Origin: Mizuhopecten yessoensis
Lineage: Eukaryota
Assembly (NCBI RefSeq): GCF_002113885.1
Contig: NW_018407509.1
Location: 748,803-812,802 of the forward strand
Direction: 5' to 3'
Length of the DNA stretch: 64,000 nucleotides
The notes below the pieces were generated by a model. That model was not told the DNA's origin. It was given only the letters and a program-made list of their open reading frames with translations, and made no database searches. This document shows positions 21,912 to 34,790 of the stretch, piece by piece. The first letter of the stretch is position 1. Each line of letters opens with the position of its first letter. A program made the translations under genes and the position numbers.

Positions 21912-24900
21912 ATGTAAGTTCAATCCACCTGAATCAGTTGTAATCATACATTCTAGATATCATTTATAAGTTTAGAATTATTATTTGATTCTATGAGAAT
22001 GCGAAGCATATAATATTTGTTGTGAACAGACCTAAAATACATTTAAAACGTAATTGTTAATCCCGCTTACGTCCCCTGCAAAATCAATGTTTACATTTTG
22101 TAAAACGCCGACACACAATATTATAATATCAAGTCGATGCTTTTATTTTCAATTAATTTTAAAAATGTTATGTTTAGTACGTTTACGACCTCCATAAAAC
22201 GTGAAGGATTTAATTGTAGGAATACATGATTTTCAGTACATGCATTTGCGTACACACAACGTCGGCCGTCTAAGCGAAAGATGAGTTTCTTCCCCTGCGC
22301 CCGATAGACTGGATCTTACATTTGGAATTTTACCATGAAGATATGAAAACGGGGGGTTCCCTGACTCTCAAAGACCTGCATTTTGACTCCTTAATCTGAC
22401 AAAGGACTCCCAAAACTGTTAAAAACTTGCACTTCATTATGTGTGTTTTGAGTCCTTGGACTCTAAAATGTCTGAAATTTGAGGGTCCTAGCTATAGGGA
22501 AAACCCTGTGAAAAGCAGGTTATTAATATCACATTCTTGGTTAAGAGTACAAGTGAAGTCAGCAACTTCATTGCTTATAGTTTGATTCTTGAAGGACTTG
22601 CCCGAAATTAATAGTATGGAGGCATCATGACAGTTAATAGCATGCTTCTTGCTGTCAAATGAGGTTTTCTCACATTGACACACTCACAGCTATGTTTGTG
22701 TTATTCAGTTTATAGTTGGGCTGATACAACTTCTATGGTAACCGAAAGCAGGTGTCTCTTAAAAAGAAACCCAAGTTAAACAAGTGTACCTGACTAGTAT
22801 GACAGGTCGAATATATACATGGAGGATATTTATTTCCCAGGATTGCAAGGACATTGCTACAGAGAAATGTGTTCTCCATAAAAGAACAACAGTATGGAAC
22901 AATTTATCTGACCCCATTGTAACTGCAAACTCATTAAATAGCTTCAAGAACAGACTTGACAATTTCTAGAGGACAGGAAGTAAAATTCAACAACTACAAG
23001 TATATATATATGTGCAACAAACGGAAGTGAAAACTATAATAATCATAACAATAACAGTACACTTTAAAATGAGTCCAGCGAAGAGGATCCTTAGAGGAAC
23101 CTGTGCTGGAAAATATCATTGTATCAACTGTATCATGTTAATGTAACAGCTGAGGTGAAACTGCTGCCTTACTATATTCCAGCAATGGATGTTCATTATG
23201 ATCACTAATTCAGCAAAACCAAGCGTGGTCCTTGGCTGAATGGGTGCCTACTCGCACATAAATGCATAATTAAGTGGCAGCGTCGTGACCCAGTGGTTCC
23301 TAGTAAAGCTGAGCTCCTGCTCGTTAGGGAAGGTGCATTGAGCCTCCACAAGAGGGAGACTCACAAGATTCCCCAGGGAAAGTCTTGGGACAAGACATTT
23401 CAGAGGGGGAAATNNNNNGGGGGGGGGGGGGGGGGGAATATCGCCTTACTGGCAAGCTTTCTTTTCCAGTGATGCGGTATAACCCTTGGATGTGTTAACA
23501 AATTCAGCAACATCAGCATGGTCTGTGGCTGGATGGGTGCCCTTTGGGCTTCCGCATGTTACACTAGTAAAGTGGCCATCACCTATATAGCTATACTCCT
23601 CTGAAACTAACCATATAACTCGCACCAACTGCAGGCTCTAAAACTATTGTTATATATATAATATATCGGTAGAAATGTTTTAAAATGTACTTCTTTAAGT
23701 GTCCGTACTGTACATGTGATTGCTGGTAATTGAAGAAGATGCATTTGTACTAAATAGTGGTTTTTACCTCACCTGGCACGAAGTGCCAAGTGAGCTTATG
23801 CCGTGNTTACATTCACTACATTTAACTTACATGTATCTTCTTCCAACCTATGCAATCTCAACAAGACCAAGTTACCAAATAAAGGTTTCCAACTTCTTTT
23901 CAGATTTAAACATTTAACTATACATTAATTTAGTTTGACTTTTACATATTTAGACATTTGAAAGACTACACGGAAAAAATAATTTTGCTATGTAATCAAA
24001 AGACCCATCCAAACCTGTAAATGTGGTAATTATAAAACTTTAATTGTGTGCAGAAATATTTGCCATTGAAATTCATTTTGATTTTTTTCTGTATCTAGGG
24101 TAAGAAGTCAAAGTAAAAGCCGGGAGAGAAAGAAAAGTGGACCTGAAAGGGGAAGAGAAAAGCACAGGAAGAATTCGTCTTCAAGCAGTGACAGTGATTC
24201 AGACAGCAGGCAAGCAAAAGTTCTAATGAAACAATTCATTAAGCAACTCAAATTTCGATCCACAAGTATTAGCCATTTCAAGAAATTGACTACTACCTGG
24301 TAGTTGACTGAAATGTCTTAATAATTCAGTAAAATATCTGTCATAGCATTGCAATGTCCCAAAGAAACTTGCAAGTTCATGTTGACATATAATTAATACT
24401 GCATACCGTAAAAACCCATGTAATTTGTGCACTTTTTTTTCCAGAAATTTAATACCCAAAGTGGGGGGTGCGTAAAATACACAGGTATAGAAATATTCAA
24501 GTTTTTTTCAGGAAAAGATCGACGATTCTGGGAGATCGCCATCTTGGATTATTTCCCTTATTATACACGGAACTCTAAGACAAATGACGGTCAACAAATT
24601 TATTTATGTCAAACATTAATAAAAGATACATAATGTGTTGTTATGTGAGTTTATGTGAAAAGTATTATTAAATAGGTAACCGTTAACAAAAAAAGTTAAG
24701 CCAAATTCCTATGCCAGAGAATCGCCGATCAACTTACGACATTACATTTCGACATCTCGGTGCGTTTCCCCATACTATTACGAAAATGTAGTTGTTCAAT
24801 TTAAGCTCCGTTCCATGTAAGTTCTGTAAGTTTTTTTCAAATCGCCTATGCGTAAACGTATAGCATGTTTTTTTTNNNNNNNNNNNNNNNNNNNNNNNNN

Positions 24901-27900
24901 NNNNNNNNNNNNNNNNNNNNNNNNNNNNNNNNNNNNNNNNNNNNNNNNNNNNNNNNNNNNNNNNNNNNNNNNNNNNNNNNNNNNNNNNNNNNNNNNNNNN
25001 NNNNNNNNNNNNNNNNNNNNNNNNNNNNNNNNNNNNNNNNNNNNNNNNNNNNNNNNNNNNNNNNNNNNNNNNNNNNNNNNNNNNNNNNNNNNNNNNNNNN
25101 NNNNNNNNNNNNNNNNNNNNNNNNNNNNNNAATTACTTATTAATTGATATGTTTTTGTAAGCAAGTAAATGTTTTATGTAAAATATTGCTAAAATGAATT
25201 GATGTATGCCGATATGCGCACACGTGTGTGTCATGTGTGATCAGATAATTCAAAGAAAACAAGCAACAAAATACACATTTTACGTAGTTTCTTCTTGGTT
25301 TTAAATATCATTTTACATCAATGAAAAAAAATTCATAGAAATATATTTTTAAAAAAAATATTCAGAGATCGATTTTCGGAGCATGAACATCATTTTTTTT
25401 TCCAGATTTTTTAGGTGCGCAAAATATTCGAGTAGAAGCTTTTTTCCAGATTTTCAGCCTCAAAAAGTACCCGGCAAATAACACAGGTGCGCAAATTACA
25501 TGGGTTTTTACGGTATACAGCAAAATCGTTGGCATTTGGCTACAGGATAATCCTTTCAATTTTAGCAGATGAAGTTTCATCCAGAGATTTTGGCATTATG
25601 TAACTGCAGACAATTTACGCATATAGAAACTGAAGTGTTTATAGTTTTATTTGACCAGGTTTACAAGTGTTTCAAAGGCTCCTTTTTAATCTCTGCTTCA
25701 AGGTCATAAAATCAACCATCACTACTCACTAGGCAACGACATCCTTAGAAAAAACTTGTGGACAGTTATTCATGTATGGGAATGATCATCACTGACAGAA
25801 TTAAATGCAAACAGAACAAATATTAAGTTCATTGACTTATGGCCTGATGATTGAAGTGGTTCTAATGTATTAAATTATTTGTATCATTAAATTAGCTCAT
25901 CTTCTGGGTCCAGAAGAAGATCCCGTTCATCATCCAGTGGCAGCGGCTCCAGTAGCAGTGGTAGCTCACGCAGCAGCTCTTCAAGGTCTGGAAGCTCCAG
26001 CTCCAGTCGGTCGTCCTCCAGCGATAGCAGTCCCCGTAGGACAAGAGCCAAACGGAAGGCTTCAGAGTCAGTAATGAAATAATGGTCAAACCTTGTCTAA
26101 ATGCCACACAGTATTCTGTGTATGAGTGTATTATGCAACAAAACAAATTAGGGCTGCCACAGTTAGAAATAATGCCAGTCAGATTTATAACCATGTGTAC
26201 TTATTCCAACTGAAACCGGGTAACCATGTTTTTTTGTGCCATGAAATGCAGCCACCAATGGCCCTTTATCTCGAAAAAATAATGTGATAACTTAATTTAC
26301 TAAATGCATATATTGCAAGCCTCCTGACTGGAATTTTTTTGTAGTCAACACTATACACTCATAATTCTGGACATCCTTTATGGTCGGAACACGGTCGATA
26401 ACTGCCGGTGAATGGATATGTTTAACAGAATGTCAGTCGATATTGTGTTTCTTTTTGTTTTCTAAATTCAGATAAGGTAGAAATAAAGTGCTGTGATGTA
26501 TTGAAACATACTGGAACATTCTGGCCTTTTTATACGTTAACAGTTTCAATTTTGAATGACAGCTTTGATTGGATGTGCAGTACTAAATGAAAATAAAGGA
26601 AGAAAGGAAGTGCTGTAGAGTATTAAAATGGACCAGATAATTCCAGCATTTAACAATACAAATATTGACATCTGTGTGCAGCCAACTTTTCTATAGTGTA
26701 AACTATATCATAAACATCCTTGATCTTCTCGTTGCATTAGACATAGAATACATATGTACTTGTTAATTGTATACCTATTTTGACACCAGAAAGTACTGAA
26801 TTTTCTATCACCATTATGACGACCTTAATGTTATGTTTCAGTATTAGTCTTGACACATTTATTTTTGAACTTTTTTAGATCCCCTAAAAGGAAAAAGCGG
26901 AGTCCCTCTCCCATCAAACCTACCAAAGTACACGTAGGACGATTAACACGCAATGTCACCAAAGACCACATCATGGAGATTTTCAGTGTGTATGGACAGG
27001 TTAAACATATAGAAATGCCAATTGATCGCGTCCATGCAAGTTTCTCCAAGGGATTTGCCTACGTGGAATATGATAACACGACAGAGGCGGAGAAAGCCAT
27101 CAAATACATGAATGGAGGTGAGAACTACTATGAATACTGTATATTATGTTTGGTTCAATATTAGTTGATGAAACAATTTCCAGAAAAGCGAACTTAGGAG
27201 AGAAGGCATTTACAATGGATAGTATATGGTGGTGGAGTCCAAATTGATTGGTATCGTGTTCTCAAGAAGAAAAGAATATTACGACTTGACACCCATGTTC
27301 ACTAAAATATTGTGGTCGGATGTGGGTGACAAAGAATTTGGGTATTTCTCAATTCATAGACATATGATCTCACAAATATTGTATGACTTTACACCCATAT
27401 TCACAAAAATAATCCCAAGAAGTCCATGGGAGAATTATCCCCTTGCTGTTGGGACCCCGGAGGATCCCTGTATCATGAACAGAGTGAATAATACTTACTG
27501 TTTGTCAGTGTTCTCCAATGATGTTTGTACCCCCAAATATCGGTTTAAACATTACTCTATTTCATTCGTCATATATTACAAGTACACACATAATTAGAAA
27601 TAAGATCTGGCATACAACAAGATTATAAATCTTATATAAAGCCCAAATATTTGGCTCTACCTTAAGTTTTCATTGACTTTGTTTAGTAACTAAGGACCTT
27701 AGGAATCTAGAAATGTAGCAAATGAAGCTCCAAAACCTAAAATTTATGGGGAACTCTGTTTATGTACATTAAGAACATAGTGGAAACCTGTATTGCCCAT
27801 ACTTAGTACTTGAACCCTTTCAACACTGTAGACCATAATGGACTCATCCAGATCAATGCATGGTAGAGTCTACTAAATAAATAAAGTTACATAGGGGTGA

Positions 27901-30091
27901 AAGGGTTAAACAATGTCTAGGTAAGGAGCCAGAAGTCCAATCGTTGTAATTCTTTCCGTGATCATGACTTTTCATTTTCTGATTGCAGTGTGTTGCATAA
28001 GACAATTGGTCAATTTCAAAAAGAGTGAGGTTGAAAGTCGTATTACCAAGATCATGCTTGTCAGGCAGGGCTATTTCAGAAAGGGTGAGGTCATGATAAG
28101 AGGTCAGATGCCAAATTATCATGATGCTTGTCGAAACTTTACTTATCTTCCTCAGATTTGCTAATGAAACTGCATAGATATGTGAATTACATGGAGGGTA
28201 AAAAGGGTATACCTGAGTGGACCTTAGCTCACTTTGTTTCTGTTCGCTCTGCAATAACCCTCGGTAAAATCTGGAAGGGTAAAGTACTGACTGTTCTCAT
28301 AAATGGCAGTATATATTGAGATAGACACAATAAATGCATCATTGTATGAGTATCTTAAGGAGGCTCCACCCTTTAGCAATTAACCAGAAGAATTCAATGA
28401 AAGTTTCACATAATGGTTATGTCACTAAGCAGAAATGATTTTATGAAAATCTAAGCATTCTGATAAACTGGGTATTTTTTTGTAAAAAAAAATACAGAAA
28501 AATTGAATACAGAATAGCGGGTGAAGGGCTAAAATCCTGGGTGTAACCTGACGAAATTGGGTCACTTGGCAGGTATGTGTATGGATAAAAGTTTTTACAT
28601 ACAAGCTAAAAGCAAACGGGACACATATATTCATACAAAAAGAGTGAAAAATTTAACCAAATATACACCAAGACTTTATTATTCATTTATTTTACATTTT
28701 ACAATCATTTTGATCCTGGTAAGAGTTTGTCTACCTTGAAAAAAATTAGAACTTACGACAGAGGGATAAAATTGAAGCAATGACAATCAATTAAATTATG
28801 ATATTTTATGGAACAAAATTACTCTCAATTATGTACACTTTGGATATCATTCCATAACCCGCTTACGCAGGTATATACCATAGGCAATCGCATGGTATGC
28901 CGTTATCACGTGCACGCACATGTACTTGCATTTTAGAGGGATCTTGATATTTTACAAACCACTATTTTCACAGAGTTATTGTAATTAGGTCTGCATTCCA
29001 TGCGCCTCATATACGACCTTCTTGAAGTCTTCTGATCTTATGTCAGTGTCTAACCGTGAGTTAATTAATGTCTTCGTATCATACGCTTTTTTTCTGAAAT
29101 ACGTGTGGTTACACATTTCCGAGTTAAGTCTCGATATCTGGTGTTGACATATCGTCACGCACATGTACTACTGTTTACCCGGTGTTACTATAATTTACAC
29201 TACAGTAATGGGAAGTCCTTCAATCTGTCGTTCTCATTGTAGGTCAGGTAGACGGCCAGGAGATATCAGCTGCTGCTGTACTGGCACCACGACCTGTTAG
29301 ACCGAGGAGATCACCCCCACGCAGACCCCCTCCAAGGTGGAACAGACCATCACCCCCTCGCTACAACAGAGACAGAAGGAGGTAGGTCTGACACAAACTA
29401 ACACCATTTACAAGAAAAGATTTTTTTTATTTATTTTTTCATGCATCCTATGTATGGTGATGTCTGAGCCCAATGTTTAGAGATGTTCTACTTATACATA
29501 ACCATCATATTCAGGTCAAAGGTCAAATACCATAAACATCATTTCAGAACCAGTTAATTTGATACAACCATCAAATTCAGGTCAATGGTCAATCATTTCA
29601 GAACCAGTTAATTTGAAACTACCATCAGATTCCATTTTCCTGAGCATGCAATGTGATTTGAATGTATAATATATAAGAGACTGTCACATATTGCAGGAAA
29701 TCATGTTTCAGATAGATCAGGATTTCATTAAAAAAATGATATTTCTAAATTATGTAATTTTGACAAAAAGAATTTAATGAAATATTCAACAGAATTACAG
29801 GAGAGACACAAAATGGGGTCCATCGCTTCTTCAGTGTTGGCAAATATAAATTTACCCGGATAATTTGCTATTAACTTACAAATATATCATATATGCAAAA
29901 ATATCCACACAAAAACAAAAATATTTACATTTATATACTCTTGTCTTAATACTGTTCGATGAAATGTTGACCTTGAATATTTAAATCACAGGTCACCACC
30001 ACAACGGCGAAGGTCTCCTCCCCGTCGAAGATCAAGGTCACCCGTCCGCAGACGTCGATACAGCAGATCAAGTTCAAGCTCATCACGATGA
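21912..30091 (+). CDS. RNPS1: RNA-binding protein with serine-rich domain 1 (EJC/ASAP component), 6 coding exons, 253 aa
   Basis: Exons 21912-21913 (AT of a split ATG), 24099-24209, 25896-26066, 26879-27117, 29243-29381, 29992-30091; 762 nt in frame. Ser-rich domain, RRM (PTKVHVGRLTRNVTKDHIMEIFS...SKGFAYVEY...GGQVDGQEISA), RS/P-rich C-terminus ending SRSSSSSSR. Exon 1 is inferred and less certain than the rest. Confidence 0.93.
22780..23137 (+). mobile_element. 3' end of a CR1/L2-group LINE
   Basis: VWNNLSDPIVTANSLNSFKNRLDNF is the typical CR1-group ORF2 C-terminus; it is followed by a short 3' UTR with a stem-loop and a TGTATCA-type repeated tail. Confidence 0.75.
24406..25513. mobile_element. 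Tc1/mariner-type MITE in RNPS1 intron 2
   Basis: TA-CCGTAAAAACCCATGTAATTTG(T/C)GCAC...GTGCGCAAATTACATGGGTTTTTACGG-TA: TIRs with TA duplication and subterminal repeats. Confidence 0.85.
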
Positions 30092-30707
30092 TCATAAAAG
30101 ATCTAATTTGTGTTAACACTGTGAATCACAAAGACTCGGTGACCTAGGGGAGTAAATGTGATAGATAAAAGTATAAGATTTTCACTGTGTAGCAGATTAT
30201 GTTAACAAAATCACAAGGATTGAAAGACTGCACGGTGCGAGAAGAATTGAAAAATGTGATGGGTTCACTTTGCAGCAGATTCTGTTTTGATATTTGGAAT
30301 TCATGGAGACCGAGAGATTTGCTGTGGAAGAATAATCGAAAGTGTAATGGATGAGGTTTCACTATGAATGAGATTAACAGAAGTTTTTTGTGTGCTAGAA
30401 TGTCGAAACTGCATAGATGCATGTAAGGAAGATTTCTTCAGTTCAGTGAAACTATCGGGTCTAATCCTCTTTCTAAACGAGCAAACTTGTTAAAACAACC
30501 GTGTCTCTTGTTCAACAGGAGTTATTTTATTTAAAATTCCATTGTCTTATCTATATATATTGACTCCTTTCAAGATTATTCATTACATTGTGTGTCTGTT
30601 ATATTCAAATCAATCGAACGTAGTGGTTTTGTGAAACATATGCGGTGTTAACGGAAGTATTATAATGAAGCCAATTTTATTTTATGACTTGAAATTTAAC
30701 AGCTAAG

Positions 30708-30921
30708 CAGGGCTAGAAACTAAGGATAGCTCAATGGTCTGAGACTTGTGAAATGTGCAGATGGACTAGTGGTTCCTACCATTGCAACTGCTGGCCCGAT
30801 TGACTAGTCAAAATTTTATATTACTCATCATATTTAATGATGTTGGGTTAGTGGAATTTTTAAATGGACTAGTGAAAGTAAAATCTACAAGCCCGATTAT
30901 TAAAACTAATTTCTAGCCTTG
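30708..30921. mobile_element. hAT-like MITE in the RNPS1 3' UTR
   Basis: CAGGGCTAGAAA...TTTCTAGCCTTG ends with internal GGACTAGT repeats; no clean TSD seen. Confidence 0.5.
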
Positions 30922-31464
30922 CGAAGATAGCAGTGTACAGTAGGGCACTGTGGTCATGGTATATGGTACATTAAATAAAATCTACGTCTTCACAACATTA
31001 GCTAGCTTTACACAAAGTAGATTTTTGCACTTGGTACATCTTGAAATGCAAGTACCTCTTACTTAGTAGTTGTGGTTGTCAAAAATATTTTTTGGGGCAA
31101 TTTTTTTGTACCTTTCAAAAAATCTGAAATCTTTAAAAATATCAACAAAATTTTCAATACTGTGGTATATCATATAGACATATTTGTAGGTGTATTGTGC
31201 AGGATGTGTCCACAATTTATATAGGATCAGACCATTCCTACTGTACACTGCTTCCTAATCACATGTCAGCCATTCTTTTACCTTGTAGGACATTTTCTCA
31301 TGATGCTTTTGAAGTTTTTAAAGTCATTCATTGTATTGTCAGGATGTGTGTTTTTACTGTTTTATTGTGAAGTTCATGAAAGCAGGCAATGTTATTGCAT
31401 TGGGATGAAAGTGAAACTGGTCGATAATTTGGGAATGTAAGTATTGCTGGTTTAATATAATGTA

Positions 31465-31470
31465 AATAAA
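31465..31470 (+). terminator. Candidate RNPS1 polyadenylation signal AATAAA
   Basis: TGTAAATAAA followed by a T/GT-rich tract, ~1.4 kb after the stop; a second AATAAA lies near 30974. Confidence 0.5.
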
Positions 31471-32710
31471 TTTATAAAAGTATGAATAATTGTTTCTTTT
31501 TCATGCAAGCTGCAAGTTCATCTTTCTGTTTGGTTTGTTTGTGTTTTACATCCTTTTAACAGCTATGGTAATTTAAGGACGTACCAGGTTTTGGTGGTGG
31601 AGGAAAGCTGGAGTTTCCAGAGAAAAAGCACCAGCCTACGGCCAGTACGTGGCGACTGCCCCACGTAGGCCTCACACTCGCGACCCAATGGTAGAGGGCT
31701 AATGGTAGCAGAATGTCAGATGCCTTAACCACTTGGCCACCGCAGCCCCCCCCCCCCCATCTTTCTGTACGATTTTGAAAAGCAGTACTTATCATTGGTG
31801 ATTTGGCCCAATTGCTTTAAACAAATTTTCTATGGTAACTATGAGTAGATATCAACCATATTTGGTTCAAAGCATTCTCAGGTGGTTTGGATTCTAAAGA
31901 GTACAATGCTTCTCTGGGCTAAAAAGGAAAATTTAATCTTATTGCTGATGACATGAACAAATTTTGGTTTAAAGCAATCCCTGGTGATTGTGAGGCTGAC
32001 CACTACAGTGGCCTGAGGGGCAGAGGCTAAAAACAGGGTGATTAAGCCATATTGCTGATAACCCTGGACCTATGAAATGGATATTGACCATATTTGGTAG
32101 GAAACTTCCTCAGGTTATGGGAATTCAAAACTGTAAAAGTGGAGGCTGTAGCAGTTCTACTCTATTGCTGGGTATGAAGTGGTGAGTACAGGTATCGCAC
32201 CAGGATTGGCCTCTTGGGGATGTAGTTCTCCTGTCATGGAAATTATTGAGATCCTCACGCTATGACTATATATACAATTGCTGAGTATATGCTACCAGAA
32301 ATGGTTCCTGGGTCTAGTCCCACCCCACGGGACTTTGATCTCTGGGACACAACATGGAAACAGTTGAGATCCCTACCCTATGATAGAATCACATACATTT
32401 ATCTTTTTTTCTTTTCAAGTCGAGCAGTTTTTAGGATCAGCTTTAGGGTCTGATCCCACCCATTAGGAGTTAGCCCCTGGATCATAACTTTGAAGCAGTT
32501 CCCAACCCAATATTTATATCCACATACACAATTGCTGGACATGAGGAAACATGCAAAATCATGCTATCATAATTGACTTTGTACACTGCAACTTGGTCCC
32601 AGCTGGAATTACTCTTTGGGTCCAAATATGGAATCCCCACTCTCAAGAACTTTTTAAATAATTGTTTTGCCTTAAAAGACAAATACATTTGCGACATCAG
32701 AAGTTGCCTA

Positions 32711-33835
32711 ATAGTCCATTGGCCCAAAGGGCCATGTGAGCTTACGGCATGGCATCCGGCGTCAAATTTTCCATTTTAACGACTTCTTCTCAATAACCAA
32801 CAGGCCAAATGTCATATTTGGCTGGTTGGTTGCTGGGATGAAGCCCAACAAAGTTTGCAAAAAGAAATGACCTTGACCCATATTCAAAGTCACAAGGGTC
32901 AAATTTGTTAAAACCTTTTAAACGACTTGATTAAATGAAAGGCCCATGCTATTTGGTCGATATGTTCCTTGGATAATGTCTGACAAGTTTGTGAAAAGAA
33001 ATGACCTTGACCCATATTCAAGGTCACAGGGGTCAAATTTGTTAAAACCTTTCAACGACTTCTGATTAACTGAAAGGCCCTGAAGCATGCTATTTGGCCG
33101 ATATGTTCCAGCTAGGATCAAGGTCTTGGGTCAAATTTGTTAAAACGACTTCTTTTGATTAACCAAAAGGGCCAGAAGCGTGATACTTGCCAGATAGGTC
33201 TCTAGGATGAAGCCTGACAAAGTTTGCGCAAAGAAATGACATTGACCCATATTCAAGGTCATAGGGGTCATATTTGTTAAAACCTTTAAACAACTTCTTC
33301 TGATTAACCGAAAGGCCCAGAAGCATGATATTTGGCCGATAGGTTCATGAAATGAAGCCCTACAAGGGTCTAATTTATTAAAATGCTAAAACTACTTCTA
33401 CTGATCAACCATAAGTTGTGGAATCACTATTAGCTTACCTGCCCGAAAGGGCAAGTGAGCTTATGTCAGGGTGAGTCGTCCGTTCGTCATCCGTGATATT
33501 TGGCTGAAAGCTTCACTGGTTGGAGCCCGACAAAGTTTGAGAATGAAAATGACCTTGGCCTACTTTCAAGTTTACAGGGGTCAAATATGTCAACACCTCA
33601 AGTGACTTCTCCAGAGGAACTGAAAGGTACAGAATCTTAATATTTGGCTGGTAACTTCTTTAGATTGAGCATGACAAAGTTTGAGAATGACCTTGACCTA
33701 CTTTCTGGGTCACAGTGGTCAAATATGTCAAGTTTGCGAGTGAAATACTTGTACAGTCTAATATTTGATGAGAATATTTTGCTATGACTGCTTAAATATT
33801 CAGGTGAGCAATACAGGCCCTCTAGGCCTCTTCTT
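32711..33835 (-). mobile_element. Diverged/nested HINE-like elements
   Basis: Hairpin ends at ~32711 and ~33433, central TGACCTTGACCCATATTCAAGGTCA repeats, terminal CAGGTGAGCAATACAGGCCCTCTAGGCCTC. Confidence 0.75.
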
Positions 33836-34259
33836 ATTAGTTTAAGGGAGGGAGTGGGGGGGGGGGCTAGGTTTGCATTCCATCCGTCCAAGAAGAAGCT
33901 TGTCCGGGATGCATCTTCTAGACTATTTCACCTGGAGTAACCACATTTTATGTACAAGGACATCTTTGGTGGCAGAGGGCAATAATAAGGTCATTGGGAC
34001 CTATGACTTGACCTTTGACCTTTACTTTTGAAAATGTTTGTCAAGGGCATATCTTCTATACTATTCAACTGGAGTAACCAGATTTGATGTAGAAGGACAT
34101 CTTGGGAGTGCATAGTGCAAGAATTAGGTCACAGCGACCATTGACCATTACTTTTGAAAAAGTTTAACATAAGTGTACTGTTTCTTAAATATCGAAATCA
34201 TTACTGGTGGGGGACTATGGATTGCCTTGTTCCCAGAGGGATGAAGGAAAAAAAACCAG

Positions 34260-34790
34260 TATCATGTGATGGGACACAAGCTGTAGATAGTTCACCAATA
34301 CCCCTATACAATGGAGTTACATAGGAATTTTAACTGTTAGAAGACTTCAGACGAGGAAAATCACATCAACAGGTGTCTTCATGATAAAAAAGACAAAGTA
34401 TACAAGACCCTGTAGTGATGTCACTTAGAATATATCCTTGTGAATGTGGAATCCATAATGGAAAATTAGGATGGTGCATAGAGAAGCTGTTTGGTTTGCA
34501 ACACCAACCTACAGCTAGAAATCTGTAACTGTAACCCTATGGATCCTTGGTTGGACAACTCTGGCGAAACAATGCAGGAGAGGTGTAAAATCCTCTGCGT
34601 TGAAACCGCTACCATCCTTTACTGCATAACCACATTTACAACACCCTCAAAACGTATCTAACTGGGTCAGCTCATCAAGATACCTATAAATACAGTTTTT
34701 ACCAAGAATATGACAGTAGCTAGAACTACACCTTTGTACGAAACAATCCGGGCAGACAACAGAAAGACTCTAGGAATCTGAGTGGCAATA
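34260..34790 (+). mobile_element. Highly decayed LINE (CR1/L2-like) ORF2 C-terminal fragment
   Basis: Frameshifted remnants KDKVYKTL..LEY...VWNP...KL.MVHREAVWFA...LGWTTL...HQDTYKYSF resemble the post-RT region of CR1/L2-group LINEs. Confidence 0.6.

Noticed and set aside
22255-22300. Alternative RNPS1 first exon at GAAAGATGAGTTTC
   Set aside because: No good phase-2 donor follows it; AT|GTAAGT at 21912 fits exactly.
24796-25164. ORF-track entries spanning N runs (also 18819-19262 and 44755-44999)
   Set aside because: They are open only because of assembly gaps inside repeats.
27226-28319. 100-130-aa ORFs in RNPS1 intron 4 as nested genes (also 9782-10204, 11546-11890 and 56219-56596)
   Set aside because: No recognisable motifs or splice structure; they overlap degenerate repeats or MITEs.
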